Shown here: one piece after another, positions 9,810 to 19,467 of the stretch | How the letters are laid out: the number at the start of each line of letters is the position of its first letter | Position numbering within the stretch: position 1 is the stretch's first letter | DNA from: Oxalobacteraceae bacterium | GTDB lineage: Bacteria > Pseudomonadota > Gammaproteobacteria > Burkholderiales > Burkholderiaceae_D | DNA length: 64,000 bases | NCBI GenBank assembly: GCA_947464955.1 | Contig: CANHZI010000001.1 | Location: forward strand, 12,206 to 76,205 | Direction: 5' to 3' | Program-made: the position numbers and the translations under genes | Notes under the pieces: generated by a model | What the model saw: the letters and a program-made list of their open reading frames with translations, nothing else | Databases searched by the model: none | Told to the model about the DNA's origin: nothing

Positions 9810-11024
9810 CTAAGCATTAGCGATATTTTTCGCCCACACTAACGAAGACAAGTGTGCTTTGTTCACATCAGCAGGCGCAATCTTCAGTGATTCAGACAAA
9901 GATTGAACCAACATGCTATTTAACTCGCAGGCCTCTGCCAATGCCAAATAAGGGCCGTATATCCCGCCCCGCGACACAAGCGCTTCGACCACACTTTCAG
10001 GCAATTGAATGGTCGAGAGAACTTCTTCCATCGGCAATCCGAGTAGTCGATCGAGTAAGGAAAACATGCCGGCTACGAACAGATTTTCAGCTTCTGTCTT
10101 CGACATAAACGGTTGCCCAAGCAACTCCGCAAACCGACCACGAACAATCGCTGTCTCGAGCAAGACCGGCGAATTACCGTTGGTACTTGCGGTGGCTAAC
10201 AACAGCGATAACCAACGATACAGAGGGCTGTAACCCAAAATCGTCACTGCATGTTTCAGCGATTGCACTTCCGTGCGCAAACCAAAACCAGCAGAGTTAA
10301 TATAACGTAGTAACTTATAGGCCAAGGCCGCATCACGCTTAACCACTGTCTCTAACTGTTGGATATCTGCATTCTTACGAATCATCTCCATGAGTTGCAA
10401 AATCGTGGTTTGGGTCGTATTCAAGCCCTTATGATTAGGATTAGGGCGCGGCGTCAAATGTAACTTACCAACAAAACTACTCAAGCCTAATGCGGCACAA
10501 GCCTCAAAGCTTTGCCAGCTTCCGACGTTTCGCGCAACCATCTGCACATTCGATTGTTTCAATGCGGCATAGGTCTTCGCTTGCGCAGCTAGGTTCGCGC
10601 CATCAATTTGAACTTCAAAATGGGTAATCAGCGAGAATATTGAACGATCTAAAACCGTTGCATCAGCATTTCGTAGGCAAATGCCAAACCCCAATTGACG
10701 CAGATCTTTAATCGCATCAAGTGATTGTTGATCGCCAAAATAACGTTTTGAAAAAATTAATACTGTGTTTTTGGGGGATAACTTCTTCAGACTCTCGGCC
10801 TGCAACAAACCTGGCATTGCCTCGAGAAAAACGAGACTATCGCCAAGGAGAAATCCTTTTTCCTCATCACTCAACTCCGCCGCGACAAAAGCGATCAAGG
10901 CATCGATCGCTGACACATCGACATCGCCATTAGTATTCTTTTGGTTCCAAGAAAGTTGAACTCCGATGACTTTCTGTGCAGGATCTAACAGCGGTTCTCG
11001 AACGATGAAGTTTGCTTGACTCAT
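9810..11024 (-). CDS. signal-transduction protein with a degenerate EAL-like N-domain and a C-terminal HDOD domain (COG3434/YuxH-like architecture)
   Basis: 404 aa. The HDOD-type block is LKHAVTILGYSPLYRWLSLLLA...ALVRGRFAELL. The N-terminal half has EAL-fold-like spacing, but the catalytic positions are substituted (see findings). Confidence 0.7.
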   Translation of the reverse strand: MSQANFIVREPLLDPAQKVIGVQLSWNQKNTNGDVDVSAIDALIAFVAAELSDEEKGFLLGDSLVFLEAMPGLLQAESLKKLSPKNTVLIFSKRYFGDQQSLDAIKDLRQLGFGICLRNADATVLDRSIFSLITHFEVQIDGANLAAQAKTYAALKQSNVQMVARNVGSWQSFEACAALGLSSFVGKLHLTPRPNPNHKGLNTTQTTILQLMEMIRKNADIQQLETVVKRDAALAYKLLRYINSAGFGLRTEVQSLKHAVTILGYSPLYRWLSLLLATASTNGNSPVLLETAIVRGRFAELLGQPFMSKTEAENLFVAGMFSLLDRLLGLPMEEVLSTIQLPESVVEALVSRGGIYGPYLALAEACELNSMLVQSLSESLKIAPADVNKAHLSSLVWAKNIANA

Positions 11025-11048
11025 AAATTTTTGATATTAAATAGAACT

Positions 11049-11678
11049 TCAGAATCCGAGACTATCGAGCAAATCATCGACTTGTCCTTGATTTGCTACG
11101 ACATCAGATTTCCCTTCAGGGTTCACCTGCGGACCGTTGAGTAGTCCATCTTGCTGAGGTCGCTTGGCCTGCTCTGGAGAGTACTCTATCAATAATTGCA
11201 CCATTTGCTGCTCGATGTTTTGTGCAATTTCAGTGACTTTTTTGATCACCTGGCCAGTCAAATCTTGAAAATCTTGGGCCATCATAATCTCGATCAAGTG
11301 CGCCTTTGTCTCTTTGCAATGCGCATTGGTCTTTTCGAAATGCATCAAGGCTTTTTCGAGCTGCATTTTATATTCAGACTCGGTTGGATTCCCCGCCAAC
11401 AAGCTACGAATCTCAACGCTCAAATCTCGTGCACCGTCATCTAATGCTTCTTGCAGCGGTATAGCTGCATCTGTTGCGTTCAATACCCGCTGCGCTGCAC
11501 GTTCAGACAATTTCGCAACATAGTCGAGACGGTCACGCGCATCAGGAATATCCTCCGCTGCGCGCTCCAATAACTTGTCTAAACCAAGTCCCCGCAAACT
11601 ATCATGCAATAAACGAGTCATGTGTCCAACACGAACCAACAGCTCATCTTGCTGCGAATGATCCACTTTGGTATTCAT
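11049..11678 (-). CDS. cheZ: CheY-P phosphatase CheZ
   Basis: 209 aa. The catalytic block is MMAQDFQDLTGQVIKKV. The C-terminal CheY-binding peptide is QVDDLLDSLGF, nearly identical to E. coli CheZ. Confidence 0.95.
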   Translation of the reverse strand: MNTKVDHSQQDELLVRVGHMTRLLHDSLRGLGLDKLLERAAEDIPDARDRLDYVAKLSERAAQRVLNATDAAIPLQEALDDGARDLSVEIRSLLAGNPTESEYKMQLEKALMHFEKTNAHCKETKAHLIEIMMAQDFQDLTGQVIKKVTEIAQNIEQQMVQLLIEYSPEQAKRPQQDGLLNGPQVNPEGKSDVVANQGQVDDLLDSLGF

Positions 11679-11706
11679 ATTGACTCCAAAAAATTTTTGG
11701 TTTTGT

Positions 11707-12102
11707 TTAGGCTGGCTTGCCTAATTTTTCAAAAATCTTTTGTAATTTTTCATCCAGAGTTGCGGCCGTAAATGGCTTAACCACATAACCATTCGCACCC
11801 GCTTGGGCTGCAGCAATGATGTTTTCTTTCTTCGCCTCTGCGGTCACCATCAGCACAGGCAATTTCGCCAGAGCTGGATCAGCACGGATATGCTGCAACA
11901 TCGTCAAACCATCCATGTTTGGCATATTCCAGTCAGAGATCACAAAATCAAAATCACCGCTCTTTAATTTTGCCAATCCAAGTGCGCCATCTTCTGCCTC
12001 ATCTACGTTCGAATAACCGAGCTCTTTGAGCAAATTTCTCACGATACGACGCATCGTTGAAAAATCGTCAACTACTAAAAATTTGAGGTTTTGATCAGCC
12101 AT
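11707..12102 (-). CDS. cheY: chemotaxis response regulator CheY
   Basis: 131 aa. Motifs: [35 protein letters not shown]. Confidence 0.96.
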   Translation of the reverse strand: MADQNLKFLVVDDFSTMRRIVRNLLKELGYSNVDEAEDGALGLAKLKSGDFDFVISDWNMPNMDGLTMLQHIRADPALAKLPVLMVTAEAKKENIIAAAQAGANGYVVKPFTAATLDEKLQKIFEKLGKPA

Positions 12103-12200
12103 AAATTACTCCATGATTTCTAAAGGACGGGTAATACACATTATCGGTTATATAAACAAATTTGGGGAAGCAAATTACACTATCAATCAACAATAAGACA

Positions 12201-13277
12201 CTAAACACGCAACGCTCGACTACCATGTTGCTCCAGATATCCAAGTACTTTCGTCGGCAAATCGTTTAACGCTGCGATCTCATGCACCGCACCAACAGCG
12301 ATTGCCTCTCGCGGCATGCCAAAAACAACACAGCTAGCTTCATCTTGAGCAAAGTTGAATGAGCCAGCACTTTTCATTTCCAGCATCCCTTCAGCACCAT
12401 CTTTCCCCATGCCAGTCAAGATTACCCCAACCGCATTTTTACCTGCGAATTTAGCAGCAGAGCGAAACAAAACGTCGACTGAAGGGCGATGGCGATTCAC
12501 TGGTTCTGAATCATCGAGTTCGGTCACGTAATTAGCACCACTTCTCGCTAATTTGAGGTGTGAGTGCCCTGGTGCAATATAGGCATGACCGGGAAGAATA
12601 CGCTCACCACCTTGAGCTTCAGAAACACTTATCTTGCAAATTCCATCGAGGCGCTTCGCGAATGATTTAGTAAAACCCTCTGGCATATGTTGGGTGATCA
12701 GAATTCCAGGGCAATCTGACGGCATCTGGCACAAGAAACTTTTAATCGCTTCGGTTCCTCCTGTCGAGGCCCCAACAATAATCAGCTTTTCACTACTCAG
12801 CAAAGGGTTCTTCATTGACGGTAAAACGACCGAGGCCTGTGCCGCATGCGCAACAGCTGCCGCAGCGCGTGCACGAATCTTCGCTTTTGAAGCGGCCCGA
12901 ATCTTATCGGTGATGACGTGAGCATATTCCAGCATGCCGCTCTGAATTGATAATTTCGGCTTGGTCACAAAATCCACAGCCCCCAACTCAAGCGCACGCA
13001 GGGTAATTTCCGAGCCGCGTTCAGTCAGCGAAGAAACCATAATGACTGGCATTGGACGCAGACGCATCAATTTTTCCAAAAAATCCAGGCCATCCATCTT
13101 CGGCATTTCGACATCGAGTGTCAGCACGTCAGGGTTGGTTTGCTTAATCAACTCACGCGCAACCAAGGGATCGGGTGCGACACCAATAACTTCCATGTCG
13201 GGTTCATTTCGGATAATTTCCGAAAGAATGCTACGTATCAGCGCTGAATCGTCGATGATGAGAACTTTTATTTTCAT
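12201..13277 (-). CDS. cheB: chemotaxis protein-glutamate methylesterase CheB
   Basis: 358 aa. It has a receiver domain (VLIIDDS...[10 protein letters not shown]) plus a methylesterase domain ([20 protein letters not shown]). Confidence 0.96.
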   Translation of the reverse strand: MKIKVLIIDDSALIRSILSEIIRNEPDMEVIGVAPDPLVARELIKQTNPDVLTLDVEMPKMDGLDFLEKLMRLRPMPVIMVSSLTERGSEITLRALELGAVDFVTKPKLSIQSGMLEYAHVITDKIRAASKAKIRARAAAAVAHAAQASVVLPSMKNPLLSSEKLIIVGASTGGTEAIKSFLCQMPSDCPGILITQHMPEGFTKSFAKRLDGICKISVSEAQGGERILPGHAYIAPGHSHLKLARSGANYVTELDDSEPVNRHRPSVDVLFRSAAKFAGKNAVGVILTGMGKDGAEGMLEMKSAGSFNFAQDEASCVVFGMPREAIAVGAVHEIAALNDLPTKVLGYLEQHGSRALRV

Positions 13278-13336
13278 TGAGTTTCCCCGTGCGAGCGGCT
13301 AATCATAATTTAACTCTAAGAACTGCATCATCTGGG

Positions 13337-13945
13337 TCAAAACAAATCCACATCGCCACCAACAGGTGCACTCTTGAGCCTGCTAGCGTAATCGAGTTCG
13401 CGTTTTTTCAATGTATCGTTGTGTTCGACTTTCAATTTCTTGACAAGGACTTTCCCAGTCCGAGGAAAGAAATAAACCTTACGAGGATAAATATCGTTAA
13501 GATCTTCCGCGATCACACGCATTCTTTCCATTCGAAGATAGTCCAACACAAATTTCGCATTTCGCTCTCCGACATTAATCGAAGTAAATCCGCGCAGCAC
13601 ATTACCACCGCCAAATACTTTTGCTTCCATGTTTTCGCGTTTAGCACCGGCCTTGAGCAATTCATTGATCAGCACCTCCATTGCATAGGTACCATATCGC
13701 ATCGAGGCGGAGACGGGATTTTCGGAATTCTCTCCTCCATCCGGCAGCATAAAATGATTCATGCCACCAACCCCGGATACACGATCGCGAATACAAGCAG
13801 AAACGCATGAGCCCAGTACCGTAACGATGAGCATGTCCTTGCCAGTGAAGTAATATTCTCCTGGCAAAATCTTTGCTGCATCACAATCAAAAGTGCGATC
13901 GTAATAGACATTCGTCGCAAAGTGTTCTTCACTAAACTGACTCAT
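13337..13945 (-). CDS. cheD: chemoreceptor glutamine deamidase CheD
   Basis: 202 aa. The [13 protein letters not shown] motif carries the catalytic Cys and MNHFMLP the His. It lies between cheR and cheB. Confidence 0.9.
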   Translation of the reverse strand: MSQFSEEHFATNVYYDRTFDCDAAKILPGEYYFTGKDMLIVTVLGSCVSACIRDRVSGVGGMNHFMLPDGGENSENPVSASMRYGTYAMEVLINELLKAGAKRENMEAKVFGGGNVLRGFTSINVGERNAKFVLDYLRMERMRVIAEDLNDIYPRKVYFFPRTGKVLVKKLKVEHNDTLKKRELDYASRLKSAPVGGDVDLF

Positions 13946-13948
13946 GGA

Positions 13949-14836
13949 TCACCCTTTATTTAATTCGTGTGAATTCATTTTTTTACGTTTTTCTTCAGCT
14001 GTCGCAAGGACATAGACTGTCTTTCCACGCAATTTAAAATCATCTGAAACATATAAAAAGTTTTCAGAATGTCCTGCAAACAATAAGGCATCGGGCTTCA
14101 TCAAGGGCACAAACTTTTTCAAGATCTCCGACTGGGTTGGCTTATCAAAGTAGATCATCACGTTTCGACAAAAAATCGCATCAAAATCACCTTGCAAATG
14201 CCAACGATCATCTAGCAAGTTGAGGGGTTCGAACGAAATCAAATTACGGATTTCAGGGCGAACCATGACGCTGCCATCGTTTCTTCCTTTGCCACGTAGA
14301 AAAAATTTCCTAACCCTCTCCTGCGACATTTTTTCGACCCGATCAAGGTTATAAACTCCCTTGGCGGCGATTGCCAACACATTCGTATCAATGTCAGTCG
14401 CGATGATTTCTAAATGCGGAGACATCGTTCCTAACGCCTCACAAACAGTCATCGCGATTGAATAAGGTTCCTCGCCAGTAGAACTCGCCGAACACCAAAT
14501 ACGCAATGGTCCATGCTTTTTCTTAACGTGTTCCGCGAGAATAGGGAAATGATGCTCCTCCCGAAAAAACGACGTCAGATTAGTCGTCAATGCATTAGTA
14601 AATGACTCCCATTCTTGGCTCTCGGTTTCTCGCTCCAGCATATTCAAATATGTAGCGAAAGAATTGATACCAGTCGCTCGCAAGCGCCGCGCCAAGCGAC
14701 TGTACACCATCTCTTGCTTGCTCTCAGAGAGGGAAATTCCAGCACGCTTATAAATCAGGTCGCGAACACGATCAAAATCACGATGATTAAACTCGAATTC
14801 CTTTTCGCCGTCACCGCGCTCAGATTGTTTTGCCAT
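13949..14836 (-). CDS. cheR: chemotaxis protein methyltransferase CheR
   Basis: 295 aa. The SAM motif is IWCSASSTGEEPYSIAM, followed by FCRNVMIYFD. Confidence 0.95.
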   Translation of the reverse strand: MAKQSERGDGEKEFEFNHRDFDRVRDLIYKRAGISLSESKQEMVYSRLARRLRATGINSFATYLNMLERETESQEWESFTNALTTNLTSFFREEHHFPILAEHVKKKHGPLRIWCSASSTGEEPYSIAMTVCEALGTMSPHLEIIATDIDTNVLAIAAKGVYNLDRVEKMSQERVRKFFLRGKGRNDGSVMVRPEIRNLISFEPLNLLDDRWHLQGDFDAIFCRNVMIYFDKPTQSEILKKFVPLMKPDALLFAGHSENFLYVSDDFKLRGKTVYVLATAEEKRKKMNSHELNKG

Positions 14837-14886
14837 TATTGGTGTCCGTTTTTTGATCTAAGGTCTATTCAATTACCCAAGTTCAT

Positions 14887-15399
14887 TTATTCGGTGTGAT
14901 CTAGCAATCCCATTTCCGGGCTGGACATCAGTTTTTCGATATCGACTAGAATCAACATACGTTCATCCAAAGTACCGAGTCCAATCAAGAAGTCATCGTT
15001 GAACGTAGTATTCATCTCTGGTGCAGGACGCACCTGCTCTGGCATCAGGGTCATCACGTCGGACACGCTATCGACGACCATGCCCACAACTCGAGTACCA
15101 ATATTGAGGATAATGACCACTGTAAGTTGGTCATAAGTCGGTGTACCTAGATTGAACTTAATTCGCATATCGACGATGGGAACAATAATCCCTCGAAGAT
15201 TAATAACACCTTTCAGAAACTCAGGCGCATTCGCAATTCTCGTAACGGCTTCGTAGCCTCGAATCTCCTGCACTTTCAAAATATCAATACCGTACTCTTC
15301 GCTGCCCAACGTAAATGCCAAGAACTCATGTCGAGTGATTTCTCCATCGTCCTGTTCGCCACTTGCATTTTTCGTGTTAACGCCCGCGCTTTGTATCAT
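14887..15399 (-). CDS. cheW: chemotaxis coupling protein CheW
   Basis: 170 aa. Motifs: [24 protein letters not shown] and [16 protein letters not shown]. Confidence 0.95.
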   Translation of the reverse strand: MIQSAGVNTKNASGEQDDGEITRHEFLAFTLGSEEYGIDILKVQEIRGYEAVTRIANAPEFLKGVINLRGIIVPIVDMRIKFNLGTPTYDQLTVVIILNIGTRVVGMVVDSVSDVMTLMPEQVRPAPEMNTTFNDDFLIGLGTLDERMLILVDIEKLMSSPEMGLLDHTE

Positions 15400-15435
15400 G
15401 ATAGTTTCCTCGTTTAACGCTCAAGTCTGCAAAAT

Positions 15436-17463
15436 TTATCTCACTGCACGTAATAGTGCTGCCACATCAAGGATCAAAGACACCCCGCCATCGCCAAGTA
15501 TCGTTGCCCCAGAAATTCCCGGGATTTTTCGGTAATTCGATTCGATATTCTTCACTACAACCTGTTGCTGACCTACCAAGTCATCAACAAATAAAGCAGC
15601 TTTTTTGCCATCAACCTCGACAATGACTGTAATACCATTGGATGGATCAACATGACGTGGAACGATATTGAAACTCTCGTAAAGAGGAATCAATGGCAAA
15701 TACTCTTGGCGAATTTTAATCACGCGCCCTTTGCCGTTAATTTCTTTAATATCCTCGCGTTGCGGTTGCAAAGATTCAACGACAAACCCTAACGGCAAAA
15801 TATAGATCTCTTCGCCAACTTTGACCGACATACCATCCAAAATCGCCAACGTCAGTGGTAATGAAATTGTGATTGTCGTTCCAAATCCACGCGCAGACTT
15901 GATATCGACCACACCACCCATTTGCGTAATGTTACGTTTAACCACATCCATACCTACGCCGCGACCCGAGACATCAGTCACAACTTCAGCAGTAGAAAAA
16001 CCAGGTGCGAAAATCAACTGCCATACGTCTGAATCAGACATTGAGTCAGACACGGCCAAACCATTTTGCTTCGCTTTCGATAGAATTTTTTCGCGATGCA
16101 ACCCACCGCCGTCATCGCAAACTTCGATCACAATATTGCCGCCCTGATGTACCGCGGAGAGAGACAACTTGCCCGACTCACTCTTCCCATTTTCGACGCG
16201 CGTAGCCGGCATCTCGATACCATGATCGATACTGTTTCTTACGAGATGAGTCAATGGATCAACAATACGCTCAATAAGACCTTTATCAAGTTCCGTTGAA
16301 GCTCCATAGGTCACAAATTCAACTTTTTTCCCGAGTTTTGTCGCTAAATCACGCACCATTCTCGGGAACCGTGAAAACACGTAATCCATCGGCATCATCC
16401 GAATCGACATCACCGCTTCTTGCAAATCTCTTGTGTTGCGAGTCAAGTGAGCGACGCTGCTCAACAAACGCTCATTTGAAACGGGATCAAGGTCTTGCGT
16501 ACGTTGCGTCAACATCGCTTGAGTAATGACCAATTCACCAATGAGGTTAATGATTTGATCGACCTTTTCGATGCCCACACGAATCGTCGAAGATTCTTGA
16601 GAGCTTGCGCTCTTATCGACCTCTTTCTTTGCAGGCGCTTTAGAGACGGGCGGTGGCGGTGGCGCTTTCTCGACCACTTTTGCAGGAGCTGCCTCAACCG
16701 CCTCTGTTTCTGGAGGAAACATCGCATCGAGCGGTTCAAAGAAGCCATATCCTAAATCATCATCACTTGGCTGTTCTGCGGCGGCGACCGCTTCTGCTGT
16801 GATCGTCAATTTATCTGCATCAGTAATAAACGAACAAACGGCCAGGATATCGTCCTCACTACCGTTTGTTTTCAAATAGATCGATGATTTGCCATCACTT
16901 CCTTTTTCGCTTTTCGCATCGCCGAGCAAACCTAGCTCCGAAGTCAGGAGCTTGAGATCATCATCACCGACCTCGGCAAAACTGACACGAAACGCATGAT
17001 GATAAGTTTCGACTGCCTCCGCTACATTATTGACTGGAGCGAGATTCGCCACAGGCGCAGCTTTAGCGGCGATTTCACCCTGCACGAAAGATTGCAACAA
17101 CATACGTACGTCGCCAACGGCATCAAGATCGACTGCAGTACCATGGCGATGGCCGTCCAACTGCATTTTTAAGACATCTTTCGCCGCTAAGAATGCGTCT
17201 ACGTGATCTGAAGTCAGTGCCATTTCGCCTTTACGAATCTTATCCAAAAGATTCTCAAGGATATGCGTCACTTCCGTCATATCATTCAAACCGAAAGTCG
17301 ATGCACCACCTTTGATCGAGTGAGCTGCACGAAAAATAGCATTGAGATCCTCTGGGTCTGGCGATGCAACGTCGACACCCAATAACAACTTTTCTTTTTC
17401 AGCCAGGAGTTCTTCCGCTTCGTCAAAAAACACCTGAAAGAACTGACTCATGTCAATCGTCAT
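15436..17463 (-). CDS. cheA: chemotaxis histidine kinase CheA
   Basis: 675 aa. The Hpt motif is AAHSIKGGASTFG. It also has a Pro/Ala-rich linker, HATPase motifs (HLVRNSIDHGIE, DDGGGL, GRGVGMDVV) and a C-terminal CheW-like domain. Confidence 0.97.
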   Translation of the reverse strand: MTIDMSQFFQVFFDEAEELLAEKEKLLLGVDVASPDPEDLNAIFRAAHSIKGGASTFGLNDMTEVTHILENLLDKIRKGEMALTSDHVDAFLAAKDVLKMQLDGHRHGTAVDLDAVGDVRMLLQSFVQGEIAAKAAPVANLAPVNNVAEAVETYHHAFRVSFAEVGDDDLKLLTSELGLLGDAKSEKGSDGKSSIYLKTNGSEDDILAVCSFITDADKLTITAEAVAAAEQPSDDDLGYGFFEPLDAMFPPETEAVEAAPAKVVEKAPPPPPVSKAPAKKEVDKSASSQESSTIRVGIEKVDQIINLIGELVITQAMLTQRTQDLDPVSNERLLSSVAHLTRNTRDLQEAVMSIRMMPMDYVFSRFPRMVRDLATKLGKKVEFVTYGASTELDKGLIERIVDPLTHLVRNSIDHGIEMPATRVENGKSESGKLSLSAVHQGGNIVIEVCDDGGGLHREKILSKAKQNGLAVSDSMSDSDVWQLIFAPGFSTAEVVTDVSGRGVGMDVVKRNITQMGGVVDIKSARGFGTTITISLPLTLAILDGMSVKVGEEIYILPLGFVVESLQPQREDIKEINGKGRVIKIRQEYLPLIPLYESFNIVPRHVDPSNGITVIVEVDGKKAALFVDDLVGQQQVVVKNIESNYRKIPGISGATILGDGGVSLILDVAALLRAVR

Positions 17464-17512
17464 TATCCCACCCCATTATTTACTCGAATGATCTCGCAAA
17501 TATGCGCCTAGA

Positions 17513-17881
17513 TTAGCCAATCACTTTTTTCACAACTTCAGTCAGCTTTTGTGGATCAAATGGCTTTACTAACCAACCATTAGCGCCTGCTGCGCGCCCT
17601 TTTGCTTTCATATCATCACTAGATTCCGTGGTGAGCATTAAGATCGGCACTCGCTGATATGTCGCCAAAGCGCGAAGCGACTTAATCAAAGTTAAGCCAT
17701 CCATTCGTGGCATATTTTGATCAGTCAACACTAGGTCAACGACTTGATTCTTCGCCTTCTCTAGGCCATCCTGTCCATCGACAGCTTCGATTACCTGATA
17801 GCCGGCGGCCTTCAAACTAAATGCCACCATTTGGCGCAAGGAACCTGAATCATCCACTGCTAAAATTGTCTTAGCCATCAT
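17513..17881 (-). CDS. second CheY-like single-domain response regulator
   Basis: 122 aa. Motifs: ILAVDDSGSLRQM, LTDQNMPRMDG, MLTTES, LVKPF. It lies immediately upstream of cheA. Confidence 0.9.
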   Translation of the reverse strand: MMAKTILAVDDSGSLRQMVAFSLKAAGYQVIEAVDGQDGLEKAKNQVVDLVLTDQNMPRMDGLTLIKSLRALATYQRVPILMLTTESSDDMKAKGRAAGANGWLVKPFDPQKLTEVVKKVIG

Positions 17882-17927
17882 TACTCCATTTTCGAAAAAT
17901 TGAGAAAATTCTCAGTTCTGTCACACA

Positions 17928-18494
17928 TCAAAACAATTCAATATCACCACTATCAAGATGCTGCTGATTTACCGTCTTTCGTAATAAGCTCTTAAGCTCG
18001 ATACTTTGTCGTTGCAGACGCTCTGTTATCTCGGACAAGACTCCAGCGATTTCCTCGTTGCCGCCGTCATGGGGTATGTCATTACCGACATCCAAAGTGG
18101 AGAGCAACTCGCGCAAACCAGCACTCCGCTGCACAGTGCGAGAGATCAATTGACTAGTCAAATCCTGGAACTGCAAACTGGTCACCGCTCGATTAATATG
18201 CAAGGCAATATCAGCCTGAATTTGCGCCAGCTTATCGACACTTTCTTGAGGCACTTTGCCTTCACTGATAATTTCGCGAATATGCTCTTCTTGAACGGTA
18301 ATTGAACTGTGCAAGTCAAGGAAACTCGCGCCAAGCTTTTCGATCGCTTCAGCTAACAAAAGCGTAGTCTGTACAAGATCTGTCTCGACCTCGACCAAAT
18401 GATCAACACCGTGGTCGGAAACGCCAGCCAGCAGTTCCTTTACCCGAGATCCCAACATCTGTTTGTTCGACATCTTTAGCATCCCATTCTGCAA
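17928..18494 (-). CDS. short CheZ-like protein (putative CheY-P phosphatase); otherwise hypothetical
   Basis: 188 aa all-helical ORF between motB and cheY2. It contains SLQFQDLTSQLISRT, which resembles the CheZ catalytic block AQDFQDLTGQVIKRM. It ends in an acidic-hydrophobic tail, LDSGDIELF. The start codon is uncertain because there are several in-frame Met codons. Confidence 0.5.
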   Translation of the reverse strand: MQNGMLKMSNKQMLGSRVKELLAGVSDHGVDHLVEVETDLVQTTLLLAEAIEKLGASFLDLHSSITVQEEHIREIISEGKVPQESVDKLAQIQADIALHINRAVTSLQFQDLTSQLISRTVQRSAGLRELLSTLDVGNDIPHDGGNEEIAGVLSEITERLQRQSIELKSLLRKTVNQQHLDSGDIELF

Positions 18495-18533
18495 CGTTAC
18501 AGTTGCAATCTTTTAAGCAATTAATGAATTACA

Positions 18534-19451
18534 TTACTTTTTTGGTTCAGTTATCACATCAACTTGCTTACCTACATCGATTTCACCACCATCTTGCGAA
18601 GCCGATTGTTCGGCTTTCTTATTCATCACAATAATGCTAATCCGGCGATTAATTGGGTTCAACGGATCCCCTTTATCAAACAACACGGACGAAGATAATC
18701 CCACAATACGCAACACCTTCGTTTCATCCATGCCACCGTAGATCAATTCTCTCCGAGACGCGTTGGCGCGATCGGCAGACAACTCCCAATTGCTATACCC
18801 TTTTTCGCCATGGCCATAAGGTGCGGCATCGGTATGACCTGACAAACTAATTTTGTTTGGCACTTCATTCAACGCCAATCCGATCTCATGCAGAATCTCT
18901 TTCGTATAAGGCTGCAAATCAGCATTACCTGAAGCAAACATAGGCCGATTTTTTTCGTCCACCATTTGAATACGTAGGCCCTCAGAAGTGATGTCTAACA
19001 ATAGCTGTTTCTTAAACTGCTTCAGTGTTGGACTTGCTTCGATTGCCGCCTCAATTTTTTCTTTAAGCCCCTTCAAACGTTCGGCATCAACTTTGGCCAA
19101 CGCTGCTTCTGCGGCTTGCAAGTTATAAGTTTTCTTTGGCGCTTCAATATCCCCCTTGCGTGTTTGCCCTTCACGCAAAGATAAATCTTTACCGCCACCT
19201 TTAATCACACTCGAGCTATCACCACTACCATCACCACCGGACATCGCCACCTTCAACGGAGTTTGAAAGTACTCTGCAATACCTTGTAAATTACCTTTTG
19301 CGGTTGAGCCTAGCAGCCACATCAACAAGAAGAATGCCATCATCGCTGTCACAAAGTCAGCATAAGCGATCTTCCATGCACCACCATGGTGACCGCCCGC
19401 ATGCTTCTTGATGCGTTTGACGATAATGGGTCTTAGCTCTTCGTTTGCCAT
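18534..19451 (-). CDS. motB: flagellar stator protein MotB
   Basis: 305 aa. Motifs: GGAWKIAYADFVTAMMAFFLLMWL and an OmpA-like C-domain (SGHTDA...NWELSADRANASRR). Confidence 0.95.
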   Translation of the reverse strand: MANEELRPIIVKRIKKHAGGHHGGAWKIAYADFVTAMMAFFLLMWLLGSTAKGNLQGIAEYFQTPLKVAMSGGDGSGDSSSVIKGGGKDLSLREGQTRKGDIEAPKKTYNLQAAEAALAKVDAERLKGLKEKIEAAIEASPTLKQFKKQLLLDITSEGLRIQMVDEKNRPMFASGNADLQPYTKEILHEIGLALNEVPNKISLSGHTDAAPYGHGEKGYSNWELSADRANASRRELIYGGMDETKVLRIVGLSSSVLFDKGDPLNPINRRISIIVMNKKAEQSASQDGGEIDVGKQVDVITEPKK

Positions 19452-19467
19452 AGTTCAATCACAAAGA

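Noticed and set aside
12130-12165. A possible internal sigma-28 promoter for cheY-cheZ. The minus strand reads CAAATTTG-tttatata-ACCGATAA in the cheB-cheY gap.
   Set aside because: - The spacer is 8 nt instead of 11.
- The -35 box matches only 5/8.
- With the correct 11-nt spacing, the -35 box would be CCCCAAAT, which does not match.
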